A stretch of 64,000 bases of DNA. It comes from Gnetum montanum. Lineage: Eukaryota; Plantae; Gnetophyta. The position numbers and the translations under genes were made by a program. Below the pieces are notes generated by a model, which was not told where the DNA came from, made no database searches, and worked only from the letters and a program-made list of their open reading frames with translations. The DNA lies in NCBI GenBank assembly GCA_015680685.1, contig MNCI01000807.1, positions 175,996 through 239,995 on the forward strand, read 5' to 3'. Shown here piece after piece: positions 39,075 to 51,547 of the stretch. Each line of letters begins with the position of its first letter. Position 1 is the stretch's first letter.

Positions 39075-40025
39075 TATAGGATGTTTATCCAACATAGCAC
39101 TTGGCAACTATAGCTTGTATTTAGTGATAGTAACTTCCTATAGAAGTTATAACTAAACCCCCATAATGTTTGTAACTAGCCTTGGTCTCTCATGATGATC
39201 GTAACTACCATAAAGTCGCTATAAAAAGAGCTTCAAGGGTAGAACGAAAAGGAGGGATGAACTTGTAAGAAGACATATTGAAGATTACTTCTAAGAATGG
39301 CTTGCTAATTGCATCATCAATTTAGCTGCTTTGTTTAAATCTGGTGAGTTCTTTTCTTCTCATTTTTTCTTAGTTTCTTAGCTAATGGTTTAGATAGTAC
39401 TGTGTTTGGCATTTAATTTTGGGATGCTTTGATTGTTCTTATAGCTCTATTTTTGTGCAATTCTAGTCTTCTATTTAGCTACCGTATAAGAGCTTATGTT
39501 ATCTTTTGAAAAGCATCTTGAGCAATTTAATAGTAATGTCTTTATGAAATTACCTATTTGAGTCTAGAGGGTCTAGAAAATCTTTGATATTTTAAGCTAA
39601 CTTGAAATAGCTTCCATTTTTAAAGTCTTTTCCTTAATCTTTCAATCTTGAAAGTGTTAAATCTTTTTTGATGTCTCTATTGTTTGTAATTCTTGACAAC
39701 TATTAACTAGCCAAATAATAGCTTGTATTTTGTTGTTTACAAAGAATTTTGGTAGTTTAATAAGAGTACCTTTTACAAAATTACTTGTTGAGCTCAGAGG
39801 AGTTGGACAATTTCTAACACTTTAGATTGAATTGGAATAGCTTTATCTCAAAGTGTTTCTTCATGTTTAATTTATCTCACTTAACTATTTGAGATTTCAC
39901 ATAAATCTACTTTTCTTTCTTCTTCTCTTTTAAAATTCATTGAATCTCGCTCTATTTCTATTTTTCTTGCATATCTTTCTCTCTAAGAAATACTAGGAGT
40001 AGATATTTGTAGAATTATGCTTACA
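39075..40025 (+). repeat. LTR-like repeat at the end of the element B cargo; homologous to 18833-19730
   Basis: tatagg...cttaca ends; purine tract agaaaaagggtgaa in front; TATA-like tataaaaa near 39220. Confidence 0.65.
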
Positions 40026-40050
40026 CATTTTGGTGAAATTTTATTTGTTT

Positions 40051-42370
40051 CCAGGCAGTAGTATCCTTATCATCAACCAAATCTATTTCGATACTATGTT
40101 TAGTAGCCCATTTCTACATGTGACTCTTCCAATCATGCTTCCTTCCAACACCCTACTACACTCTTGAACATTACAAAGCACCATCACCAAGGGGGAGTTT
40201 CCATTTTCTTACTTTGCTCCTCCTCACTCTTAGACTCTTGCACCTCTACATTTCACTCCTCTTCCACCTACTCCATCATGCAAGATGAGATCTCAGCCAA
40301 AGCCTTAGCCAAAAAATGTCACGAGGGCTATAAACTTATACTTGGCTCCTTAGCGAAATGGTTCTAATGCTAAGCCATGCAATAGATCCTTCTTCCGAAC
40401 CAATAGTCCTACAAAGCCCTCATAGACACTTTTGGCTATGAACCCTACTCCTACCTCTTCTACAAATACCTACAACCTCCTTCAAACCAAAACAACCCTT
40501 AGCTGTATACTATCATGCTAGCCCATGCAATCACTGATTAGATTAAGGTCAATCATCTTCCCAAGAAGAGATTTGATCTTAGGAGTCCCCTTATTTATTT
40601 GTAGATTACTAGAAATGAACCTTGCAAAGCTTTTTTGGACTCAAATTCTAAATTTAACTTGCTCTTACAAGAAATGTACAAAGCCTAGAACCTACCTCCT
40701 TTGAAAAAGAGCAATATAAGGTTGGAACTAGCAAACCAATCCATCACTGTCCCTTTCAAATTGGTTGAAGACATTGTAACCACCGTTTATGAGTGATCAT
40801 ATCCTATTGATTTCCTATTGATCCATGTGAAGAATTGTAAGGGGAACTTCTCTATGATCATGGGAAGAGCATGGATGAGTACAATTGATGCATAGTTGAA
40901 GATTTGAGATCTCTCCTTAGAAATTTCCAAGGAGCATATATTTAGAAAGATTAAGAAAAAGTGTGTTCCATGCATCGTGTACAGTGACACAAGGTGTCAC
41001 TGCATGCAAAGACTATGGACTATAAAGAGCACATCCCTTAAACCATGCAATCAATGTGCTGATGTCATTGAAATTCAAAGGTGCCTATATGTAGTAGGCA
41101 CTACACAGAAGTACACCCAGTGGCTAATAACAAAAAAGAGAGGCTAAATCCAAAATGTGCGTGGAACTAGTCGACAGCCTCACAAGCTCTTACATGGATA
41201 GCATGAGTCAACTAAAGTAGATCCATCACCAACTCTCTTATGAACAAGGTGAAATCAATTGGGGAGAGTTGGAGATCCTATAGAATTTCAAGTAGGGGCC
41301 CCTTGAACTAAAGGCTTTACCAATAGGCAAGGAGTATGCCTTCTTAAACAATGGTAAGCCAATCACCACTAGAATCCCAATAGTGGATTCAATCATTGGA
41401 GCCTTTCAATCTTTGGGAATTGACTTTATGGGGTCCATCACCCCCATGTCTAATTAAAACACCTATATAATTGTAGCTATTGACTATTGTACAAAATGAG
41501 TAGAAGTTGTGGTCATCATCAATTGTACATCATCTAGAGTGGCCCGTTTTGTACAACATGTTGTAAATAGGTTTGGAGTGCTACATGCACTTATTTCTGA
41601 CAATAGTACACATTTCATGGATGCCACTTTTTGTAAACTCATGTAGCATTTGGGAGTCAAGCATAAATTAACAACTCCATACCACCCCCAAGCAAATGGT
41701 CAAGTCAAGGTCACTAATAGGGAGATAACCAAAATACTAACGTGAATGGTTAGTAAATATAGGAAGGATTGGAGCTCTAAACTCAATGATGCCCTTTAAG
41801 CTTATCATTCAACATGGAAACTTCCTATAGGATACTCTCCCTACAAGCTCATGTATGAAAAGCTTCCAACACTTCCTATCCAAGCAAAACTTCGTACACT
41901 TCTAATTGCATGTGACCTAGACTTGGACCTAAGCCTAGCAAAAAAAAAGATTGATGAACCTCAATGTGCTAGATGAGAACCAATTAGTTACCTTGTCATC
42001 AAACAAAGTACACAAGGCATACAATAAACAATGACATGACCTTAGGATTAAGAAAGTAAAGTTTCAATCAAGCAATAAGGTGTTCTATTAGAACCCCACG
42101 CATGTTCCTTGACAAAAAAAATTTCAAACACTATGAAAGGGCCCTTACATTATTGATGAAACCTTTCCATCTAGGGCCATGTTGATCTACCACCCTACCA
42201 ACCCAAATAAAAAATTATTAATCAACACTTAACAATTAAAGCCTTTCCATGAACAACGAGTAACCAATGTGAATAACACCTCAATAGATGGTCAAGCACA
42301 CTTAATCTTTCAAATCTCCCCCTTCAAACTTAGTCATGGGGAAGATGGCCATCCATGTTGAAATCTTATA
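40051..42370 (+). pseudogene. Element B gag C-terminus, protease and integrase core; RT, RH and IN zinc finger deleted at about 41365
   Basis: PCKAFLDSNS; EYAFLNNGKP joined to PFQSLGIDFMG; YIIVAIDYCTK*VE; LISDNSTHF; [12 protein letters not shown]. Confidence 0.88.
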
Positions 42371-43739
42371 AAGTGGCTCCTTAATTTTTAACTTTTTTTT
42401 AACATCATTTTTAATGCATATTCATGTTCTTGGGTATTTTACAATCTTTTCTATATTTTTCTTTATTTTATTTTTCTTTACTTGAATTTCTCCTCACATT
42501 TTCTTCCTTTTTCTTTATTGTCATTAGGAAAACTTTATTAAATACTTGATTACAAAATGATTGGATTTCATTTTGAAATTTTGACATTTACTAATAGAAC
42601 ATTGATTCTTTTCATGTTAAAAAGCATTGAGTCCATGTCATCCACCACTCCACTCAACTTTATGGTATTTCCTCATTTTGGAAATATGAGGTCCCTTCTT
42701 AATAAAAACTTATAACAAATTGGTGACCCTTGTACTTTTCAAACTTGGAACAAATTAAGTGGATTGACAAGGCTATGACTTTAAAGGAATTTTTCACTTT
42801 TGTACCTACCTACCATTTGAGTTACATGAATATTTTCATGGATTTCTCATCATTTCTCTATAGATCAATAAATAGAAAGTAATGTCTTTACATGGTGTGG
42901 TTCCCATCTAAAGAAAAAACAACAATAATGGAAATTCAAAGCACATCCCTTGGACACAATAACAGGCTACAAGCACTAGTCATAGGGCTGGAAAGACGTT
43001 ACCCATGCCTGAAGACACCCCTCTAACTAAGTTCCTACTCACTTCCTACTTCTCTTTTCTTCTTTTCTTGGAATGGTGAGTGGTATGTGGGGATATTCTT
43101 GTACCTTGCAGGGTGGAATGGTCTAAGGTGTTAATGGAAGTCACTGGAAGTGGATGGTCTTGATTCGGACTAAGCAAGAAAGTTCTTAGGTCATAATTAA
43201 ACACATCTTCCATACGGGACTTCATGTGACCATCATGAGAAAGTCCATTTCATACTCTCTCTCCTCCACAAATTCTTTCCATGAACCACCTCACTATCTC
43301 TTTTCATGGCTATTTCGATGGGTTCATTGGTAAATGGTTGAAATTCTTTGATGACTTCTTTGGTGATTTGGTCTTTAACAATCTACAACCATTAATCATC
43401 CTTGGGGCCCATGGACTCCTTGGTTTGAGGGCATGCAAGGGCATTAAGGGAATGAGCCTACTATGATAAGGACCCACTTGTATACTCCTTGGTTGGGATG
43501 GTTAAACTCATTATCCCTTAGCCATTACACTCTCAAACCTTATGCTTCCCACTATGATGCATCCAATTTTTATCTTCCTTGACACATTCATCTCCTAAAA
43601 ATCTCCATTTGCCACATCTTCCAAGTCCTCTTCAAGCATTTTCCATTATTCAAAACTTTTCTAGCTTCCTCTACACTCTAATTTTATACAAAAACTCTTT
43701 ATTTTTCCTTAGTTTTATATGTGAAAAAATTTTGGTTTT

Positions 43740-44269
43740 TAGCTACATCAACATAGCCCGATGCATCAATACATCCCCATTGACACATCCTCATTAACAC
43801 AGCATGTAAATACTATATATATATGCATTGAGACTTAGCCATTTTTCACATTTTCTCACAAACACCAAAGGAGTTTTTGCAATTTTCTAAGCCCAAAGCC
43901 TTCTTGAGCCCATATCTTCCAAACTGCTTGTCCAAATCACTCCATTCTTTAATTCTGCAACTACCAAAGGTGAGCTTTACATTGTGGGGGCCACAAACCA
44001 TAGATTTTTCACAAAAAAAATTTAAAATTTTTATAACTCCCATAACATTTAACTAATAAAATAATATTAAAAATCACTAACTCTTGTACATTAAACCTTA
44101 CCAACAAACTCTAGCAATGATTCAAATAAAATAATAATAAAATAATGTTAAAATACTTAATCCACTGTAATCACAACTTAGCCTAAGTGTAACGAGCAAA
44201 GGTGACAAGGTATCAAAGTGTTCTAATTTACACATCAAAAGCTAATCCTTGGTTATGTTGTGATTATAG
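43740..44269 (+). promoter_or_regulatory. Putative internal promoter and 300-bp leader intron (element B)
   Basis: U3-like repeats at 43745-43800; TATATATA at 43814; donor AG|GTGAG at 43970; branch gctaat at 44241; acceptor TAG|ATG at 44269/44270. Confidence 0.65.
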
Positions 44270-47150
44270 ATGGCACCAAGATATACAACGCTACAGGAGA
44301 AAGGACCGTACCAACCAAGGGACAAGTGACCAAGAGGAGGAAGAGGCTAGTAGCTATAATAGCCCCATGAAGAAGTAGCTAAAACATATGCCATGGGACC
44401 TCTTCAGGAGGAGCCCGAAGTGGAATCTGTTCGCCAAATTCCCACAACTATAACTAGGCAATTGTAGTAAGACAAGGTGCCCAGGCCTAGACTGAACCTA
44501 GAAGTGACCTTGATCGAGGCTTGCTTAAGGTAAATTGGCACTAAGAAGGTCAAAAGCTTGGTTCTTCAAGAACTTAACTTTGGTCTCTTCTTGGACTTGG
44601 CACCAGAAGAGGTAAAAACTTAGCTACAAGCCTCTCCCATGTGGCCTATCCTCATGTCCAATGGAGAGTGATACATGGGAGAGACATACCTCTTCTGGAA
44701 CAACAAGCAAGTAGACATCATAGTCAAGATCAAGAACATCAGTAGTGTGTCCTATTTGGTCAAGGTTATCTCAAAGATCTTTAGGTTGCTATATACTAGA
44801 GCAACCTTGGTAGAAATCTTAACATAGGTAGACCTAGAGGTAAAAAAAAGAATGGGTCCAATGGTGCTATGAAGTGGACCATAAGGAGTATGGTGCACTC
44901 ACCAAGCCAAAAAAAGAATATTTTAAAATTGTGAAATATTACCTTAACCCAACAGTGAGGCCAAGCAAAATCATAGCCTTCTCTACCCATGCATGTGCTA
45001 CTCTAAGTGATAAATTCCCAGTCAACCTTCCACAACTCATATTCTTAGAAATTGAAAAGAGGTTTAAAGAGAATGAGCATGGGAGGAAGACACTCCTCTT
45101 TCCATGCCTCATCAAAAAATTATGTAAAAGGGGAGGCATAGCTCGTTGTGCCAACAATATGTGTTGTCATGCTCACACCACATCTTAATAGAAGATGATG
45201 AAGGACAAAGCTCCCATCAAGCTATAAGAAGAGAAGCAACCACCACCACCACCACCACCACCAACTCAAGAAATAACACTAAAGGCTTGTGCTACCATCA
45301 ATTGCACATAGAAGCTCTATATATAGCTCCTACAATAGCAGCAAGAAGGACTGAGTGGTGGGGAGCCATCAATCTACCAACCAACTTTAAGCCATTTGAA
45401 TGAGGTCACTTGAATAATAAGCTAGTTGGAGGAGATTACGTTACTATTCTTTGCATAAAGAATGTAGCTACCTACAAGGTCAAATCTGAGCACCTAGGAG
45501 ATGATAATATCCATCCCAGGATAACAAAAATTCCCAAAGATCTTTAGGAATGCTACTACTTTTTTAGTGCACTTGGAGGAGGATGAGGGGGCGACTATCT
45601 TGGTGATGTAGCACCACATATAGGAGACAACAACAGAGGTGGTAGCCAATCATGTGGTAGAGGACCTCAACACTCCTATGGCTACCATGTCAAACATTGC
45701 TACCCTCAGATATGTGCAAGCATCAGCATGAGCAAGTGGAAGGTTAACTGCAGCCTAGCATGAGGAGGTGTTGAATTAACTAGTGGGAACTAGGTAATCA
45801 CTTCTAGAATCTTCGACCTTCTAGAAAATATCATCACTACCTAGTCGAAGCTATTGGAAGCTAAGGGTAACCTCATCATTGCTAATGCCCAACTCAACGA
45901 AGCCACATATAAAAATACACAGTTGGCTACCAAGGTTGCAAAATTGAAAGCCTAATTAGCTAATCCCACCATTATCAGCCAAGCAGTAACAAGGGATAAG
46001 ATTTCTTATAGCTTTAAAATAGACTTCAAGAGGCTAAGAATGCAAAGGAGATGATGTTCTTTAACTAGTCCTTAGCAAAGGCCATGGGCTACAACACTGA
46101 TAAAGACTTGTTGAAAGCCCACAAAGGAGTCTAGCTCTAACTAAGGACATTCATTGCCTACAAAATGTCAAGACATAAAAACACCAAATGGTGAAATTTG
46201 TGTGATAATAGCAAGAGCCACTAGCCAAGCTAAACATGGATTTGAGGATATTGGTTATTGAAAATCAAAATTTCTTAATGGAGGAAATCCATGCCCTTCA
46301 CCAGAAAACAATAATTGAGGTAACTGCCTGGAAGAACGAGGCCCTAAAATTTGAACAAGCAAAGAATCATTATAGGAACTATGTTGGACTCCTTAAGGAG
46401 GTGAATGAAAAAGAGATTCAACCAACAAAGAAAAAAATGAATGATGTCCTCCAATAACTCCAAAAAGGAGGCGATGTATGGTAGCCCATCTTTGATAGAT
46501 TAAACACCTAAAATGAAGCTAAAATCTAGCTAAAGGAGCTGTAGGTCAAGAAGATGTCTGAGTACATGAAGTTAGCCAACCTTCGATATACAAACTTGGA
46601 ATGTTAACTACCAAAAGGCCATGGTTAGAGCTAGAGAAACAAGTGGCCAGCTCATGTCTCTTGTATGAGGCAAAGTTCAAGCACCATAAAGACATGAAGC
46701 AAAAGCTAGAAATAGCTCATGCTAAGCTTGAAGTTCTTCAAACTTCCTTCACAGATTAATGATCAATAGAGGAGAACCTGGCAAAAAAAAATGATCACCA
46801 ATAGCTACAAAATCTTGTCATGACACTCAACATCAAACATAAACAATTCACTGCTTGATTCGTAAATGTTAAGGAGTTGTTCCTATCGATGCCCTATTTG
46901 TGAGATATTCTTGTACTAGCTCACATTGATGATGCCATGTGAACTATGTACAATCCCCAAAGTAAAGAGGAGAAGATAAATGTACTATTGGATGCCTTTC
47001 ACCTTTTACCAAAGGCAGTAGCTATAGCATGACAGTGAAAATTGCCTCAGCCTTAACCACCACTACCATAGACATTAGAAGCTAGAGAAGGTTTGTCAGC
47101 ACCCTAGGAGCCTTCATCTCATAACATTGTTTGATCTTCTCTTCATCTTC
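44270..47150 (+). pseudogene. Element B accessory ('env-like') ORF
   Basis: YYLNPTVRPSKII...VNLPQLIFLEIEKRF...LLFPCLIKKLCKRGGI fits the Transposase_32-like L.FP.LI..LC...G motif; coiled-coil C-terminal half. Confidence 0.78.
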
Positions 47151-47375
47151 AGCCATTAGAGGAGTTCTAGCTATCAATGTTATAAGGATGTTCAATTTTA
47201 TCTCTTGAACATCCATTTTTGTAATTACTATAAATCTGTACAATTGAGTACTTAGAGGTAGTTATTTAGTGACTCAAAAAGTTTGTTTGTGGTTCCATAC
47301 CTTCTCAAATTTTATAAGATGCTTGACCCTCCTTTTGTTTGCTCGAGGACACATTTTCAATTATTCATGGAGATA

Positions 47376-48196
47376 TGATGAATCATTGTTGGCTTGCATC
47401 AACAAGCATGTGTTGATGCACAATTTGATGCATCGATGCATATGCATCAACATGGCATCTAAGTTTGCCTATATAAATGCATGTACCCATCACATTTATG
47501 GCATCGAAAAGTTAGTAGCATAATGAAGTTCTTGCAATTTCTTTTCACAATAGTTAGAATATTTTCTAAGTGCCCATAATAGGAGTCAAGGATTGTATAG
47601 ATCATTATTTGAGCACCAATGTACCTAGACACATTGATGTGACGACAATAAAGACAAGATTCTTAATATACCTTGTAACACTAGGAAATAGATTAATGGT
47701 TAATTTTATGTGATTTACTATATATGCACTTTACTTCCATGTTCTTAATTAATTACTACACCTAATTAGCACACATAAGTATGACTGGCTCAAGCATAAC
47801 GTTAATGCCTAGTAATCCCAACAATGTTATCACTTGGTAATCCAGTATTGTTGTAATGTGTTCAGGATGTGTACAGAAGGTGGGACCAGGTACTTATGTT
47901 AGGAAGTAGGCTAAGACATTATATAATTACTTAGATTAATTCTTAATAAATTAATTTTTTCTATGCTTAGGATAATTAGATAAAAATATAAAAATAATAC
48001 AAATCATGTGCCTTAGCTCCATTGAACTATATACTTTTGCTTACACAAGTGTAGCCAAGAAGACAATGATCACACCTATAGATCACTATCTTTGTTATTA
48101 ACATTTGGGGAACTAAGGCCTGCAAAATTCAACTAGATCACTAGTGAGTGCTTGTGATTCATATCGTTAGGTGTAGGAACTACTCACAGCTCATCA
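47376..48196 (+). repeat. Element B 3' LTR
   Basis: Preceded by the PPT-like catggagata; ends gctcatca. Confidence 0.92.
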
Positions 48197-51100
48197 CTAA
48201 GGTTTGATAACCTCAGATGTAACTATTATGCCTTTTGCAAAGAGTAGCTTATCCAAAAATTGATTAGCAAGTGGCTCTTCATCGACCTTATTATCCCATA
48301 TTAACCAAGATAGATGATCTATAATGATGTTCTTAGTGTCTTTTCTATCAATCATGATGATATCAAATTTATGTAGGATTAATAGTCATCATATCACATG
48401 AGGGCTAACTAGTGGCTTATTCATGAGGAACTTGATTACACTATGATTTATGTGCATAAATATCATATAACCAAGCACATAGTACCTAAACGTTTCAATT
48501 GCATACACCACTGCCATTAATTTTTTTTTTTGTGTGATGTAATTCAATTCTGCAATAATAATGCTCTTACTCATGCCATGGATGTAGTATGAATGTTTTT
48601 GATTATCTAATTATGTCAACATGATATCTAAAGCATAATTGGATGTATATATCATTACATGGAGTGGATTGAACCCATTGGGAGCTTGTAGAATTAATTT
48701 TCTACAAGATTTTACTTTAAAAGATTAAATGCTTAGTTATATTTCTTGGTCCATTCAAATGAGACATTCTTCTTTATCAACTCCACCAATAGTTTGGTGA
48801 TCTTAAAAATTTTTTTGATGAAGCACCTATAGTAGCCAATATATCCTATATCCAAGGAATACTTTGATATCCTTCATGGTCTGTGAAATTTCTATAATTC
48901 CTTAAATCACTTTGATTTTCTTCAAATCAACCTCTACTCATTTTTCTAATACTCAATGCTCAAAAATAATTTCCTCTTGGACCATCAAGCCAATTAAGCT
49001 TGAGATTTATCTTTGCATAACACTTTTAAGACCTACTCAAGATGATTTAATACCTACTTAAAATCAAAACCATAGATAAAAAATTCATCCATAAAGACTT
49101 CTACATCATTGCTAATCTATTTCAAAATGATACTAAGGATAAGGCATTAAAAGATTACAAGAGTATTACATAGGCCAAAAGGCATGTTTTTATATCCAAA
49201 AGTATCCTAGGAACTTGTGAATGTGATTTTGGCAGAGACTTCTAAAACTATTTGAATTTGATTGTAATCACTATAGTCATTCAAAAATTATAATATTTAT
49301 GCCCTACAATTGTATTTAATACTTGGTGGTTAACAAATGAAAACAATAAATTATCCTTAAATTTATCATGTTTAAAAACCTATAATCAATGCAAATCCTT
49401 CACTAGCCCTCATTTTTAGACAATATCATAAGTGATCTTACCTAATCATTGTCTACCACAAGTCAAATGAATCCTACTTTAAGTTATTCTCAATATATTT
49501 TTCACAAGTTGCTTTAACTTGGGATTCAACCTGTACTATGGTTGATGTTTGGTCATGATTGTTAGATTTGTATAAATTCTATGTTGGCATAAGCATGGAT
49601 CAATAGTTATTATTTCATCATAGAACTAGAAAAACATAATTGGTCATTTATTGACCACCTTAAATAACCTTTCCTTTTGTTCCTATGTAAGCTTAGCATT
49701 TACAAACACTCATTTATTATTTTCTACAATTACATACCTGAGAGAACTTGGAAATGTTTTGAGTGCTATGAATTTTGATTCTACTTTGTTTGAAATCTAT
49801 CTTTTCTCCTTTCCTATTCTCTACTTGGGAAAGTTGATACCTAATGTATTCCATCTCATATGTTCTGTTAACATACGCAATTATGAGGACTTCATTTAAT
49901 TTTATTCATATTGTAGACTTGAAACTCTCATCTCTTATCAACCACTCAGTGCCTTCTTACTTAGTTGCTATTGTGTGTAGGCACTTTTGCATACACACTA
50001 TTTCTTCACATGAACTACATGTTGTAATATTTCTCTATTTAACCATTCATAATTTACTCATGTAGTTGCACCCCATATTGATGTATGCAATACATGTTAC
50101 ACTTCTTCTTGATCACTTCATACTTATTTTTCTTGGAAATTTTCAAGGAAAGGTCTTTGATCCAAAGTTTGGCATCAATGGTGCTTAGTCAAGCTCTTCC
50201 TATAATGATAGAAGACTTTCCTTTATAATTATCTACCTCAATCACCAAGAAATTTGCTAGGTAAAAAATCACTCATTAATGGTGATCATAATATCCTTCG
50301 CCTATTCGAGGGGAACAATGATGGATTTACTTGTAAGCTCCAATCTTATGTTGCACTTTTTTTTAAGTGGTGGTAGGTTCTATGCTTTATACATCTCTTA
50401 GAAGATTAAGCCTACACATTGGAACCTCAATCTAAGAGAGCTATGTAATTTTCAAAAATCTATAAGTAAATAAAAGGGCTTCTAAGATCTATTTTTTTCT
50501 AGGAAGATTTCCTACTTTAATCAAATTAGTAGCACCATAGTTTGGCATGAGAATATGTACATTTATATTTTACTTTGAAGGTGGCTTGTGTGAGATATTG
50601 AAAGTTTTTGGCATTGATGTGGGATCCATAGCCACTAATGCTTGCATGAATCTAGGTGAACTAGTAGGTCTAACGAAAGGATGTTTCTAAGGCTTATACT
50701 TAAAACCACTTGAACTATCATGCACTTTCATATTTAGAGCTCTAGTAGCATTTTTCTAATGTGGTTGTCAAAGGATCTCACATTACATTTATGGAGGTGG
50801 CATTAGAAAAAGAGAAGTATATGATGATTGAGGATGCACAAAAGATGGATGCGAAGGATAGGAGTGAGATTCAACTCTAGGAGTAGAATGCCTATGGTAA
50901 TTCAATGAATGGTAGTATGAGTAGGAGTGAGTTTAAGTAGCTACAATACTTGGAAAAATAAATTATTGGACATATAATCCATAAGAAGCTAGCTGTCTAA
51001 AAGAATATCACTATCTAGGTGGTGATATCTCTTACACCAATAGATTTTTTCACTACTAATACTACTACTTTTAAGCTTAATGGGAAGCCCCACTTGAATA

Positions 51101-51547
51101 GTGTTGTTGATTGTGGAACTACCTATAGTTGCCTTGAAAATAAAGCAATCTCTTGGGCATCTACCTTTTTATGAACTTAAGGTTCAAGACATATGTCCCT
51201 AACTTTTTTAAATGTGATATAACTAGAGCAACATCCCTTAAGATGTTCATATTAGCATAATTCATATTCTTGATCATCTAAATATGAGTTAGAAACCTCC
51301 TCCATAATAGTGGCTTTTCCTTTTTTGCTTATATATGTCTTTTCTTATTTCTTTTTTCTTCTTGTTGTCCTTATCTCTTACAAGAGCTTATTCTATTTTA
51401 TCCTCCAATGTTTTAAGTAAAGTTTTAAATTCTTCATCTACTATATCCCACATTTTTTAACATTTCTTGTAATGTCTGAAACCAATTTTTGAATTGACAA
51501 AGTCTTTCACTAGATCACCTTCTCCATTGGATCTTCATCCTCACTTA
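48197..51547 (-). pseudogene. Element C gag-PR-RT-RH, very decayed; 5' LTR missing
   Basis: ELNYITQKKKLMAVVYAIETFRYYVLG (RH), VEVFMDEF (RT), ALLD*GS (PR); colinear with element A. Confidence 0.85.

Larger units (their letters stand above)
34719..48196 (+). mobile_element. Element B: Athila-lineage element lacking RT/RH, carrying a 2.7-kb cargo, nested in element C
   Basis: LTRs at 34719-35527 and 47376-48196 (TGATGA...TCATCA), decayed PBS, PPT, gag/PR/IN and accessory ORF. The 5-bp flanks atatg/ctaag are a decayed TSD, because removing B and 5 bp restores host pol K-P-W*-Y-V-E. Confidence 0.9.

Noticed and set aside
42980-43025. GAAA...CTGAAGA inside a stem, suggesting a hammerhead ribozyme
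   Set aside because: Only about 14 nt lie between the core motifs, too short for stems I and III, and copies A and D read TGAAGG.
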